From Octopus vulgaris (Eukaryota): a DNA stretch of 64,000 nt. The translations under genes and the position numbers were made by a program. The notes beneath the pieces were generated by a model. It was not told the DNA's origin. It saw only the letters and a program-made list of their open reading frames with translations, and searched no databases. Numbering within the stretch: position 1 is the stretch's first letter; each line of letters begins with the position of its first letter. Of the stretch, positions 1 to 12,209 are shown one piece after another. Location of the stretch: contig OX597837.1 in the NCBI GenBank assembly GCA_951406725.2, positions 13,640,001 to 13,704,000 of the forward strand, written 5' to 3'.

Positions 1-25
1 AGGTCTGTTGTACGAAATCATAAGC
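1..25 (-). CDS. OTULIN-like paralog 2, start of the catalytic-Cys exon (AYDFVQQT...), truncated by the window edge
   Basis: tatttcag|GCTTATGATTTCGTACAACAGACC parallels tatttcag|GCTTATAATCAAGTACAACAGACT at 26446. Adjacent intron 26-130 resembles 26447-26520. Confidence 0.85.
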
Positions 26-164
26 CTGAAATACGAAGAGAATACAAAAGCCTGAAATATGGAATCATAAACCTGAAACACAAGCAGAAAGAATTACGTA
101 AGTTTAATAGTTGCATTGAAGTATGAAAATGAGTAAATTCGATCCAAGAACAGATAGACATGCT

Positions 165-595
165 GGGTCTTTTCGGTTTAAACGGCAGTTTTTTCTAGCG
201 GCGTCATATGAAATTGTCACCCATAATTATAACCCTAGTATCGATCTATTGCATTTCAATCTGTTTTAGGGTTTAGGGTAAGTTAGGGTTAGGGGTGGGG
301 GGAAGGGTATCTTTTTTTCTTCAGAAATGTAAATAAACCCAATCTGTTTCTTAAACGAGGGACATTTTCATACGGCACAGAATGTTTTTTTACCTCAATA
401 GACGTCAGTGATTGATTGAAATTGCAAAAATTGAAGAAAAAAAAACAACAAATATCTTACAAACTATAGAATTTTCTCAATAAAGCCAAAAGAAAAAGAT
501 GTTTTATAAACACATTCTACCAGTATACGAAGTTTAAAATTTTTTTAGTTATCTAGAAATTACGTTAAAAACTGCTGTTCAAACCGAAAAGATCC
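165..595. mobile_element. MITE with ~30-bp TIRs starting GG and an 8-bp TSD (Merlin-like or hAT-like)
   Basis: gggtcttttcggtttaaacggcagttttt versus aaaaactgctgttcaaaccgaaaagatcc. Flanks gacatgct/gatatgct. Confidence 0.75.
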
Positions 596-1230
596 GATAT
601 GCTTAACCCTTTGCCTGTTTTGTGTCTCACATCTGATACACGGGACATATTTCTTTGGCATCTGTACATCGTATATGACAGACGTTTTCAATTTTTTCAA
701 TTATTAGAGTAACTTGGGACTTATGAAAAGAAAGCTTTTTAATACTCAGAGTATATGAAACAAGAGCTAACTAAACATTTTCAAACAAGCACAGACTTTT
801 AGAATAAATTTAAGAGAATGCTTTGGAGGACGACGACCCATAAGTGTAGTGGGTGCTTTTTACGTGCCAGGGGAGGCTGGCAATGGCCACGATCGGTTGG
901 TGGTTTTTATGTGCCACCGACACGGAAGCTATTCAAGGTGGTGCTGGCATTGGCCACATACAGATGGTGCTTTTTAGGTGCCACTGGGTCAGGGTAGGCT
1001 GGCGTGAAATTAACATGCACTCCACAGACATGCCTATCCTTAACATAGTTCTGAAGGAGATTCAGTGTGACACAGAGTGTGACAAAGCCAGCCCTTTGAT
1101 TACGGGTATGGTTCATTTTTGTCAGCTGAGTGACGTGACAAGTCACACAAAAATAAACAAACAATAAAAAAAAAAACCAACTAACAAGTGAAAAAGCAAA
1201 CAAACAAACAATAATGATATAAACATTTAC

Positions 1231-1340
1231 CTCTCGATATTTCTGAGATACTGGGTTGTCCCTAGGCCATCGAGTTTTACCATATTCTTGTATATTTTGT
1301 TGGGGGCCTACATTTATAACATTTTTCTCTTCATCTCTCC
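1231..1340 (-). CDS. OTULIN-like paralog 2 exon (G)RDEEKNVINVGPQQNIQEYGKTRWPRDNPVSQKYRE
   Basis: Same length (110 nt), phase and INVGP/NIQEY/W motifs as exon 28430-28539. ttttacag acceptor, GAG|gtaaat donor. Flanking intron sequence is also similar. Confidence 0.9.
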
Positions 1341-1529
1341 CTGTAAAATATTATTAAAACAAATAATTGAAAAAAAAAAGAAACAAAAGCAAAGCAAGAA
1401 AGCATCAGTTTCTAATATTTGAGAATTTATAAAATCCTGAAGACGAATTTCAATTCTTACAAGAGGGCGCCAACTACCAAAGACTAGAAATTTTAAGTTC
1501 TTTGTAATGTGGTCCGAGTCTTTAGTTTG

Positions 1530-1980
1530 AGTTCCTCCTGCTTCTAACGGAACATTGGTGTGGTGTCCGCTGCTGCCACTTTTGCATCAGTCCAGGTCAA
1601 CTGCAGGTCCCTTAAGTCCTCATGGAGAGTACTGCACCCATTTCTGGGTGGTCTACCTCTCCCTCGTTTGATCCCAGCCAGTGTCCAGGTCAATGCAGTG
1701 TGTTCCTATAACCGTATTATTAAATGTCTAATGAATCCCAATCTTCACTTCTTGACAATGTCTGATAGGTTGTCTAGCCCTGACCACTGCATGACCTCCT
1801 TATGGGTGATGTAGTCCCTCCACAATGTTCCAAGTTTATAACGAATGCATCGCCTACAAAAGATGTCCAATTTGTTAATGATGCTAGCTGTCCTTTTCCG
1901 TGTCTGGTACACACAGATAGCAGTAGGCACGACAATCGACAAGTAGAGATGACTTTTTAGAGTGCAAGCACCCTGAGAGA
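1530..1980 (-). mobile_element. RTE-type LINE 3' fragment (degenerate RT C-terminal region)
   Basis: INKLDIFCRRCIRYKLGTLWRDYITHKEVM resembles the RTE 'KL.AF.RRCLR.IL.I.W.D.I.N.EV' motif. Confidence 0.65.
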
Positions 1981-1989
1981 AAAGTTGGA

Positions 1990-2225
1990 AAGAAGAAGTA
2001 TCAGATGTGGTGTACAAGAGAGACGACTGCACTGGTATGGTCATGAGCTGTGTATGGATGAGGACAGCTGTGTGAAGAAGTGTCACACCCCAACAGTGGA
2101 AGGAACCTGTGGATGAGGTAGACCCAGGAAGACGTGGGATAAGGTGGTGAAGCATGACCTTCGAATGTTGAGCCTCACAGAGACAGATCTTTGGAGATAT
2201 GCTGTGACTGAGAGGACCCGGTAAC
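1990..2225 (+). mobile_element. RTE-type LINE 3' end fragment
   Basis: Translates to RRLHWYGH ... GRPRKTW, the typical RTE C-terminus. Confidence 0.65.
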
Positions 2226-3544
2226 TAAAGAGAGATCACAGCTGTGGCTGATACCAGAGGTGCATGTCCAGTCCATTTAAAAAGTGCTCTTGAATTGCTG
2301 GGTGACACACTGTGCTTGAGAAGATCTGTTGAGTCAAGTGGAATTGTAGTCATGGCTGATGCCGCCTGACTGGCACCCGTGCTGGTGGCATGTAAAAAGC
2401 GCCATCTGAACGTGGTTGATGCCAGTTCTGCCTGACTGGCCTTTTACATGGCAGTGGTACCAGTGGGGGTCACCAAGTAACTTGCAAGACAAAAGATCCC
2501 TCAGCTGAGGAGAGGTACAGTATTGAGAGCAGAAGCTGTGTTGGAGATAAAAGCTTTTATGGATGAGCTGTGTTTAAAAAGACAATATATATATATTGGA
2601 ATTGGACATAAATGTGTGTGTGTGTGTGTGGAATTTGATATATATATATATGAGTGTATGTATATATATATGTATGTATGGGTGTATGTATGTGTGTATG
2701 TATGTATGTTTGTAAGTATGTGTGTATGCATGTGTGTATGCATGTATGTATGTATGTGTGTGTATGTATGCGTGTGTGTATGTATGTATGTGTGTATGCA
2801 TGTATGTATGTGTGCATGTATGTATGCGTGTATGTGGCAGCAGCTAGTGAGAATGTCAGATGCATTTTGGCTTTGTCGATGATGTGTTCACAAAGACAGA
2901 CATGCCCAGACGAGATTTATTGCCTCTGATGTAGGAAATGGTGTAGAATGCATTCACTGATACGCTGAATAAATAATCTGGTGGATGCAACTGAACCAGT
3001 ATTAAATTAAAACAGCCATTGTGCTTAAACACAGCACACCCAGTAGAGATTTTACCTCAGATGAAACCCACAGCATCTTGCCTGTCAGCAATGTATATAC
3101 ATCATGTATGATACATAGGTAGCTTTTTTGATCTAAAACAACATCAGTTGTGTACACTTGACATTGAACAGAATGTATTTCCTATTAACAATATGCATAC
3201 CACAGATGCATGTAAGCATTTCTTATCTTTCGGTATGACGTCCTGTATGGATGGTTAAAAGACATGTTGGACTTGGCTATGAACGTTGTGGGTTACCATT
3301 GTGAGATTTTCTAGACAGGGCTTGGTTAAATGATATGCGGTTTAACCTACGTGCTGTCACATATTAAAACAAACTCTGAACTGTGTTTGATAAACATTTA
3401 TTTATATATATGTGCTTATCGCAATATTTACATAATTATACAGATGCTAATCAGGGCTATGTTGTGGCCTGTCAGCAGTAAATGAAGTTTAATTATGACA
3501 GATAAGAATGGCTTCATGTGAGAGGTGGGGAAATACTATTCGTA

Positions 3545-3967
3545 GCTTCGATCAACATCAATGGAAATTGTAGCTGTGATACCAGTGCCGATGGCACGTA
3601 AGAGAACCATCTGAACGTGGCTGTTGCCAGTGCCGCCCCGACTGGCCTCCATGTTGGTGGCATGTAAAATGCACCATCCGATTGTGGCCGTTGCCAGCCT
3701 CATCTGGCCCCGTGCCGGTGGCACGTAAAAAGCACTATCCGATCGTGGCCGTTTGCCAGCCTCGTCTGGCACCTGTGCAGGTGGCACGTAAAAAGCACCC
3801 ACTACACTCAAGGAGGGTTGGCGTTAGGAAGGGTATCCAGCCATAGAAACACTGCCAGATCAGACTGGGCCTAGCGCAGCCTTCTGGCTTCTCAGACCCC
3901 AGTTGAACCGTCCAACCCATGCTAGCATGGAAAACGGACGTTAAACGATAATGATGATGATGATGAT
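3545..3967 (+). mobile_element. Octopus SINE-like repeat with internal tggcacgtaaaaagc units, ggttggcgttaggaagggcatcc core and (GAT)n tail
   Basis: Similar copies at about 16770-17100(+), 22080-22310(+), 26605-26932(+), 29255-29535(-), 38700-38920(-), 54790-54960(-), 59945-60243(-). Confidence 0.8.
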
Positions 3968-4960
3968 AGTCAATGACTCCTTTAACTCAGGGTTGAATAG
4001 CAACCAAGGAACCAGCTTTCTTATGGACTTGTCCGTATCACCTATGTGCACTTCTGATTAAGAACTGACTAGCTGCTTATTTATATGTGGCAAGAGGTAA
4101 TGATATGGTGTTCATGGTACATGCTTGGAGAAGTGCATTGTAGATGAAGAGATTCATTTAAACACAAGTCAAGCAGACCCCCCACCACCACACTACAAAA
4201 CTTCAGGCCTTGTACTAACAGTGGAGAGGCTTATCATTATTATTATTCCACCAAGGTCGACTTTATTTTTCATCCATTCAGGGGTCGATAAATTAAGTAC
4301 CAGTTGCATACTGGGGTTGATGTGATTGACTGGTCCCCTTCCCTGAAATTTCAGGCATTGTGCTTATAATAGAAAGGATTATTATTATTATTATATATGA
4401 AGATGGCAAGCTGGCAGAATCATTACCACATTGGACAAAAGGCTCAACAGCATTTCATATATCTTTATGTTCTGGGTTCAAATTCTGCCCAAGTTGATTC
4501 TTCTTTTCATCCTTTCAGGGTCAATAAATTAAGTACCAGTGAAACACTGAGGTCAATGTAATCGACTAGCCCCTTCCTCTAAAATTTCAGGCATGGTGGT
4601 GCCTATAGTAGAAAGGATTATTATTATTATTACTACTACTACGAAGAAAGCATTTTATGTTAGAATGAAAATGCTATAATTAAAAAAGCAACAATTTTAA
4701 TGGCAAAAATTAATCATTATTAATTATTTTATTGAAACCATGTATTGCTCACTATAATCTAATAACAATTTTAGGGGTGAAGACGGGGTACAGGGACTTT
4801 CTTGGTTCATAAAAAAAAGAATTTGAACATTGTCAAAAAATGATTAGCAGTGTTACACAATGAAAAATGTTAACAAAAATTCGTAAGAACAACAAATAAT
4901 ACATAATTAAATAAATGTGTGTGAGTGTTGTGTGTGTGTACAGGTTGTAGCTATATTTAC

Positions 4961-4990
4961 CTTTTTCTAAATCTTTTCTTCCAGTATCTC
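4961..4990 (-). CDS. Candidate 30-nt microexon of paralog 2, (G)DTGRKDLEK(G)
   Basis: T-tract plus cttttag acceptor, AAG|gtaaat donor, purine-rich, open, phase 1-1, in frame with exon 1340. Confidence 0.55.
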
Positions 4991-5062
4991 CTAAAAGTTG
5001 AAAAAAAAAATTAGATAGAAATTAATTGCTTTTAATGGTGATTTTATGCTAAAGTTTCAGTC

Positions 5063-5099
<37 letters not shown>

Positions 5100-7368
5100 G
5101 TGTATGTGTGTGTGTAGCTGAATAGTGAAGAATAAATCACTGATATCCTTTTCCTTGTATAAAAAAAAAAACTTATATGCGCACGCACACACTTAGGGCA
5201 AATATCTACTTTGGCCTTGGACTGACCAAAACCTTGAGAGTGGACTTGATGGATGAAAAGCTGAAATGCATCTAATTTTGAGGAATAGGTGTGGCCATGT
5301 GGTAAGAAGTTTGCTTGTCAACCGCATGGTTCCAGGCTCAATCCCACTGCATGGCACCTTGGGCAAATGTCTGCTATTATAGCCCCAAGCTGATCAAGGC
5401 ACTGTGAGTGGAGTTGGTAGATGGAAACTCAAAGAATCCCATCACACACACACACACACATACATGTCTATATCTGTGGGTGTCTTTGTGCTTGCCTTTG
5501 TTCCCCATCACTGTTTGAAACTGGTGTTGGTTTGTTTACGTCCCCACATATGCGTTTGACAATTGCTGTTGGTTTGTGTACGTTCCCATAACCGATAGAC
5601 TAAATACTAGACGTTAAACAAAAAAGTCCTGGGATCGATTTGTTTGATTAAAACCCTTCAAGGCAGTGCTCCAGCGTGGTCGAGAGCCAATGATTGAAAC
5701 AAGAGAAAAACAAGACAACACACACACACACACACACCAAAATGAAAGTAGCTGCTGGCTGAAAAGTGAAAGTAGGCATAGAACTCAATGGTCTCCGACC
5801 TCTGTTCAAAGGCTGTCCTCCCGTGATTTTACGACCTTTCATTCTTCAGGCAGGTATTTCAGGCTATCTTATCCAATATGTCTTAAAAGGAGAGAAGGAC
5901 ACGCAGAGAGTAGGGCGGGACATAAAAAGATTTGGGCATAAACAAAAGACAAGATGGTCACATTTGGAATAGGGGACGATCACGGTTGAAACGCTTTTAA
6001 AAGACGCATTGGTCATGGTCGGAACACTTCAAAAAAACACGGGAGGATTACAGTTGAAACGCTTTTAAGAGACGCGTTGGTCACAGGTTGAAAGAATTTA
6101 AAGAGTTGGGATGTTCGCCGTTGGAACGTACATTTAGCAGGAAACATATCTTTAACTTTGCTCATCCGTGCAACCCCGTCTACGATCTGTTTCAGACTTT
6201 AAACTACAGACACAACTATTGTTTTAGAAGCAGCGATTTTATACAAATGGAGATAGCATCCTCTATAGCACAAGAAGAATTTTGGGACGATGCTCGCTCA
6301 CCACCAGGCACATATGCGACATTTGCAGCAAATCAAATGTATTTTTATTTTAAGGAATAGCAGATCCACGAAATAAATAATCACAGAACACAACTAATGG
6401 TACTAAACAAAGAGAAAACTAAAGGTAGGAGAAAATACCAGTAACGTTTTAGTGTTAATCACTCCCGTACGGTTGGCCCATAACCTCGGGCAGCCAGAAG
6501 ACGTCTCCAATAATCTCGGTTCCTAAGCATAGTCGCCTGTATCTTACATGGAAATGCTAAGCTGCTTCGGATCGATGTAGAAGTTGATAAATTACGAATG
6601 GGGATTCATAAAAAAAGTGAAAACTTCTTTTGTGAAAGTGAAAATAGAGTTTTATACTTTAAGATCAGCAATTTTTTCAAGCGATTCAAGAGGATGGTGC
6701 GCAGAATAAACCCCAACTTTCTATTGTAACCTTAACCGCCGTGTGGTTGGTCTAACCCTCTAGAAATAACAGTCTAAAATCGCCCTAAACCATCTTAAAA
6801 TAAAAAAAAGGCTACATTATATTATATCATGCAGCTTTTAATAAAGGAAAAAAATAATAAGTTGTTGGTCACCTCTGAAATGAGTGATAATAAATATGTT
6901 CGATCAAGGTTGAATTAGTGTTAAACAATAAATTCCACGATCTTAATTGCTCTCAATAAAAAATTAGAAAAAGATGCGGTCGTTTGATGCTAAAAGTGTA
7001 GGTGTGTGAAATATTGGTCTGCAGAACTGGTGTATGGCAGAATGATTTCGGCTGTGCTCCTTCATGGGAACAAGGAGGGAAATAACGGAAAGCAATCAAA
7101 GATCCTTCCTAGGATTTGTTGCCGAATTTTTACGTTAGAGATTCCACAGTTAAAAGCCAGAAGCTCACATGATGCAGCAGCTACCATTTATTCGAAAATA
7201 TGTCAAACGGCCAAAATTTTGTCTAAGTGTACACACACACACACATACATACATACATATAATTACACACATACACACATATGTACACACACACACACAC
7301 ATCTATATATATTATTAATAATCGGCAGAAGTTAGAGTGACTCAAGGACCTACAGTTTCGTGCACTGG

Positions 7369-7428
<60 letters not shown>

Positions 7429-8199
7429 ATGCATACACAACACTTAGTTGTATCTAAAAAAAAGTCCCTGCTATATATATATATATATATAAATATATAT
7501 ATATATGTATATATATATATGAATATATATATATATATATGAACTTTACTTTGTTATATATATATATATATATATATACATATATATATACATACATTTA
7601 TGTACTTATAAGCAAAAGGGATGTCTAAATACTCGAAAAATAAACTCCAGAACGGGAATCGTAATAGCTGCGACTCTGTGCAGCTCGAAATGCTAAAAGA
7701 ACACTTATTCCTGCAAAGAGATGCGGCGAAGATGAGAGATGCTGCAGTTGGTAATTTATGGAGCAAACATCCACGCATCCAAACACTAATTGATGCCTTT
7801 AGGCCGAATACCGACACCGAACGAAGCTCAAAGAGAAATGAAACATGACATACGTGGCGTGGTACACAAATCCTCAAATTCTGAAGACGTGGCCATGCTG
7901 TGGTGCTGTGGCAGAGGAGGAATTCTCTCGGAATACACGTTACTTTTGTCGCAATACGCAAAGAAGAAATTAACATGGGCGCACTTGGCCGTACAGAGTT
8001 ATCTACCCTTGACTTTGAAACAAAAAAACCTGCCAAATTGAAGCCGTTTTTTTTTTTTAATTATTATTATTATTTTATTTTGTTTCTTTTTTTTTTATGT
8101 ACTTTGGTAAATAAAGGAATTGTGTTACTTCTTGCGTAACTCGTGGCAGGAATTCCACAGTTATTTTGTAAAAGTAAAAAAATAAAATAAAAACAAACA

Positions 8200-8235
<36 letters not shown>

Positions 8236-8870
8236 AAAAATTGTTGACGTCAAGAATTTAGAAACACTCGGGAGAACGCGAAAGAATTCTCTTTTGGAAT
8301 TGGATCTCGAAGCACATATGAAGCTATAAGTAATATTTTTAGTTATAAGCACAATCCTTGGAATATTTGTGGGGGCGGGGTATGGCGGAGGCTGTTGTAC
8401 TTATAGCATTTAGGGCGGCGAGCTGGCAGAAATGTTAGCACGCCGGGCGAAATGCTTAGCGGTATTTCGTCTGCCGTTAAGTTCTGAGTTCAAAATCCGC
8501 CGAGGTCAACTTTGCCTTTTATCTTTTCGGGGTCGATTAAATAAGTACCAGTTATGCACTGGTCTCGATGTAATCGACTTAATCCCTTTGTCTGTCCTTG
8601 TTTGTCCCCTCTGTGGGCAATAAAGAAATTTATATCATTGAAAGTGCAAGATGAAAGGCAAAGTTGGCCAGAATTGAATTTAAATTGAAAAAGTAAAGAC
8701 GGACTAAATGCTGCTCAGCATCTTGTCCGGCGTGCTAACGGTTCTACCGACTCACTACCTTATGCAGCTATAAATAATTTTTTCTGTTATAGGCACAAAG
8801 CCTGATATTTTTTGGGGAAAGGGGCTAGTCGATTATGCCGACCTCAGTGTTCAAACGGTACTTACTTCAT

Positions 8871-9101
8871 GGCGGCGAGCTGGCAGAAACGTTAGGGCGC
8901 CGGACGAAATGCTTAGCGGTATTTCGTCTGCCGCTACGTTCTGAGTCCAAATTCCGCCGAGGTCGACTTTGCCTTTCATCCTTTCGGGGTCGATAAATTA
9001 AGTACCAGTTACGCACTGGGGTCGATGTAATCGACTTAATACCTATGTCTGTCTTTGTTTGTCCCCTCTATGTTTAGCCCCTTGTGGGTAATAAAGAAAT
9101 A
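8871..9101 (+). mobile_element. tRNA-derived SINE with a Nin/Deu-like core, nested in an antisense copy of the same family
   Basis: Head ggcggcgagctggcagaa..gagtccaaattcc, core gcctttcatcctttcggggtcgataaa, TSD ggtacttacttcat at 8857 and 9102. Further copies near 8412, 14460, 15920, 30560-30955, 31435-31825, 32155, 37578, 42580, 50635. Confidence 0.85.
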
Positions 9102-9289
9102 GGTACTTACTTCATGGCAAAGTCGACCTTGGGTGAGTTTGAACTCAGAACGTAAGGCCGGACGAAATGCCGTTATGCATTTCGTCATCCGACCTACTAA
9201 AGATTCTGCCAATTTGCCACCTTTATAAACCTATAAATAACAGTATATAAATATTAGTTGAAAGACCCTTTTCGATAGAAAAGTCGAAG

Positions 9290-9500
9290 GCTGCCCGTGT
9301 GACTCGTGTTCACATCTCCCATAGTTTTATATGTGCTTCGAGACCCTGTTCCGAAAAAGAATTATTTTTAAAAACAGAAAATGTGTCGAACGGAAATAGA
9401 TTCAGTATGGCATGAAGTCGGATATATAAATCTTTCTTTAATATGAGTCGGCAACGGTACGACCAAATTGGAAATGGAAATGCTGTAACAAATATTTGCA
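9290..9500 (-). mobile_element. Degenerate mariner transposase C-terminal fragment
   Basis: KNNSFSEQGLEAHIKLWEM resembles the mariner 'K...FY..GI..L..RW.KC' motif. Confidence 0.4.
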
Positions 9501-10176
9501 CTACATTTTATCCTCATAACGCAGAAAAGGGTATTTGGCTGGATTTGAACCTACAGATGCAGTGAATGGAACAAAATACATTAGATTCCCCACCGAGTTA
9601 TCAGTTCTAAACACCTCTTCAAGTAAAGCAAAGTATGCAGTATTATAGATCAATTACAGCCAATCTTACCAACCGGTTTCACACTGGGTATAAAAACTGA
9701 TAACGGCACGGATAATAACACGCGCTCTTCAGAGATGGCTGGTTTGATAAATTATGGTGTCTTCTCTCTGTAATTGGGAGTGAAAAATGTCATATTCATA
9801 ATCTTAAAATATTTATATACCTTAGGGATAATATAGTTCATATAATTTGTATATAAATGTTGTGTCTATTATAGGTTATGCCTTCGAATCGGTTCGTTTT
9901 ATGGATAAGACCAATGTTGTGTGTAGCTTACGCTTCCATACTTAAAATGGCGTTTGTTTAAAGTATGATGTACGTAGACCATAACAGAATAATAGTCAAC
10001 CGGACAATATACTTTGTCATTTCTTTCGGCTTTATATTTAGAGTTCAAATTTCGTTGAGGTCGACTTTGGCATCCTTTCTGGGTCAATAAATTAAGTACA
10101 AGTCAAGTTCAGGGGTTGATGTAATCGACTGGCCCTTCCCCTCCTGCCCCATATTTCAGGTCTTGTGCCTACAGAG

Positions 10177-10362
10177 CAGTGCTCTGCAACCTTTTTTCAT
10201 TTGCGACACACCTATATTCCTTTCAAAATTCGGCGGCACACCTGAACAAGATATATAACTAAAAGTATAGGAGGAAAAATTATATTCAGGTTACACTGCG
10301 GCACACTTAGCATCGTCTCGTGGCACACCAGTGTGCCGCGGTATACCGGTTGTGGAGCACAG
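10177..10362. mobile_element. hAT MITE inserted in a SINE tail
   Basis: TIRs cagtgctctgcaacc / ggttgtggagcacag. 8-bp TSD ctacagag/ctatagag. Confidence 0.8.
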
Positions 10363-10755
10363 CTATAGAGGAAAGAATCATCATCATCATTGAGTACAAG
10401 CCATCAAAGTGACACTGGGATACGAATATACGAAGCCCAATATACACATCATGACTACCCGTCTCATAAGGGTACACTGGGCACAAGCATATGTCCGCGA
10501 AATGGCCATCTCATATCAAGATAAACAGTGCCTGACCCTGCAGGTAGGACCCAGTTGGATTTTTCCCCACGTTAAGTAGCCCATCCGCTCAAAAGGTCCC
10601 TGAATAAAGGTTGTTTGAGGACGATGAACGAAACACCCATGTTTCCAAAAGCGAATTTTTCAATCCCCAGAGAAGACCTCTCAACACATGGCTATGATGC
10701 TCCCACACTACTCCTGCTTGCGATCAGAGATACACATATCATCCATCATCCACTA

Positions 10756-10956
10756 CAGTGGTTTTCAACCAGGGTTCCGCCAGTACAGTCCAGGAGTTCC
10801 GCAAGAAGTTACAAAACTGCTAAAATCGGCAGTAATTTTTAATTCTCCTGTGCAGATACGTGTGCATAAGACTATTAAATTATTGCACAGGGGTTCCTCG
10901 AGCCAGTGGAATGTTTCCTTGGGGTTCCGCTCCAGCAAAAAGGTTGAAAAGCACTG
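10756..10956. mobile_element. hAT (Charlie-like) MITE
   Basis: TIRs cagtggttttcaacc / ggttgaaaagcactg. Perfect 8-bp TSD atccacta. Confidence 0.9.
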
Positions 10957-11374
10957 ATCCACTAAAAGATATGCTGAACTGGTTAAGGTCAAGCAACTGA
11001 CAAGCACATTTGTGGCGTTGAGCAGAATATTTGCTGAAGCTCATCTTTTACAACAAGATAAAATATGTTCATGTTAACACTCCCAATTGAAATAAAAATA
11101 GAATAAAAGAAATTATTATTATCATTTTCTTCCATATATGCTGTATACTGTGTTTACTTGCATTCATCGCCTTTGTTAATCCTGAATACCCGGTGTACCT
11201 TTTTACCTTTTACTTGTTTCATTCATTAGACTACGGTCATGCTGAGGTACCGCCTTGAAGAATCTTAGTCGAATGAATCGACACTGGTTCTTATTTTTTT
11301 TGTAAAGCCGGGTATTTATTCTACTGGGGACGTAAATACACCAATACCGGCTGTCAAACGGTGGTAGGGGAAAA

Positions 11375-11527
11375 TACACACACATACATGTATATATATA
11401 TATACATATATATGTGTGTGTGTGTAGATAATTGGCGGGTACATATGTATGTATGTACGTACGTATGTTTGTATGTATGTGTGTGTGTGCGTGTGTAGAT
11501 AATTGATGGGTACATATACATGTATGC

Positions 11528-11617
<90 letters not shown>

Positions 11618-11685
11618 GTATATATATATATGTGTATATATATATATGTATATATATATACATACATGCATACATGTATATGTAC
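11375..11685. repeat. Compound (TA)n/(TATG)n microsatellite
   Basis: Direct inspection. Similar tracts at 2605-2835, 7228-7590, 47105-47460, 53795-54110. Confidence 0.95.
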
Positions 11686-12006
11686 CCTACTCACCAGGAA
11701 CCCCATGCTAGGGGTTTTGGATCTTTTCAATTCTGAAGCCAGTTTTTTCAAATTTTTCCTACTGAACCAAACAATTTGAAACTTCGTATACTGGTAGAAT
11801 GTGTCAAAAGTAAACTTAATTGTAAACCAGAATGAAAACGGAATTGTAACTTCTAAGTTTAACGTTGTTTAATAATTAGAATTTTAACCAATGATATTCC
11901 GTCATTCGGCTTTATTTTATTTACTCCGTCTCGACCACCAATTTGGTGACGTATTAAACATCTTAAATGTAAACAAGCCGCATGTCTCCGTGAAATCTCC
12001 TTCTAA

Positions 12007-12201
12007 TTTTCAACCAGGGTTCCGCCAGTACAGTTCAGGGGTTCCGCAAGAAGTTACAAAACTGCTAAAATCGGCATTAAATTTTAATTCTCCTGTGCAG
12101 ATATGTGTGCATAAGACAATTAAATTATTGCACAGGGGTTCCTCGAGCCAATGGAATGTTTCCTTGGGGTTCCGCTCCAGCAAAAAGGTTGAAAAGCACT
12201 G
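12007..12201. mobile_element. Second copy of the same hAT MITE with the outer end of the left TIR lost
   Basis: Near-identical to 10762-10956. Confidence 0.85.
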
Positions 12202-12209
12202 GTATAGAG

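Noticed and set aside
265-300. TTAGGG units as an interstitial telomere
   Set aside because: Only a few imperfect units, inside a TIR-bounded MITE.
6132-6165. ATG...AAAT|gtacgt as first coding exon of paralog 2 (MSKVKDMFPAK)
   Set aside because: Splicing to the 4990 microexon creates T|GA, a stop. No other support.
8412-8500. tRNA-like A/B box sequence as a tRNA gene
   Set aside because: It is a SINE head continuing into core and tail, with no intact cloverleaf evident.
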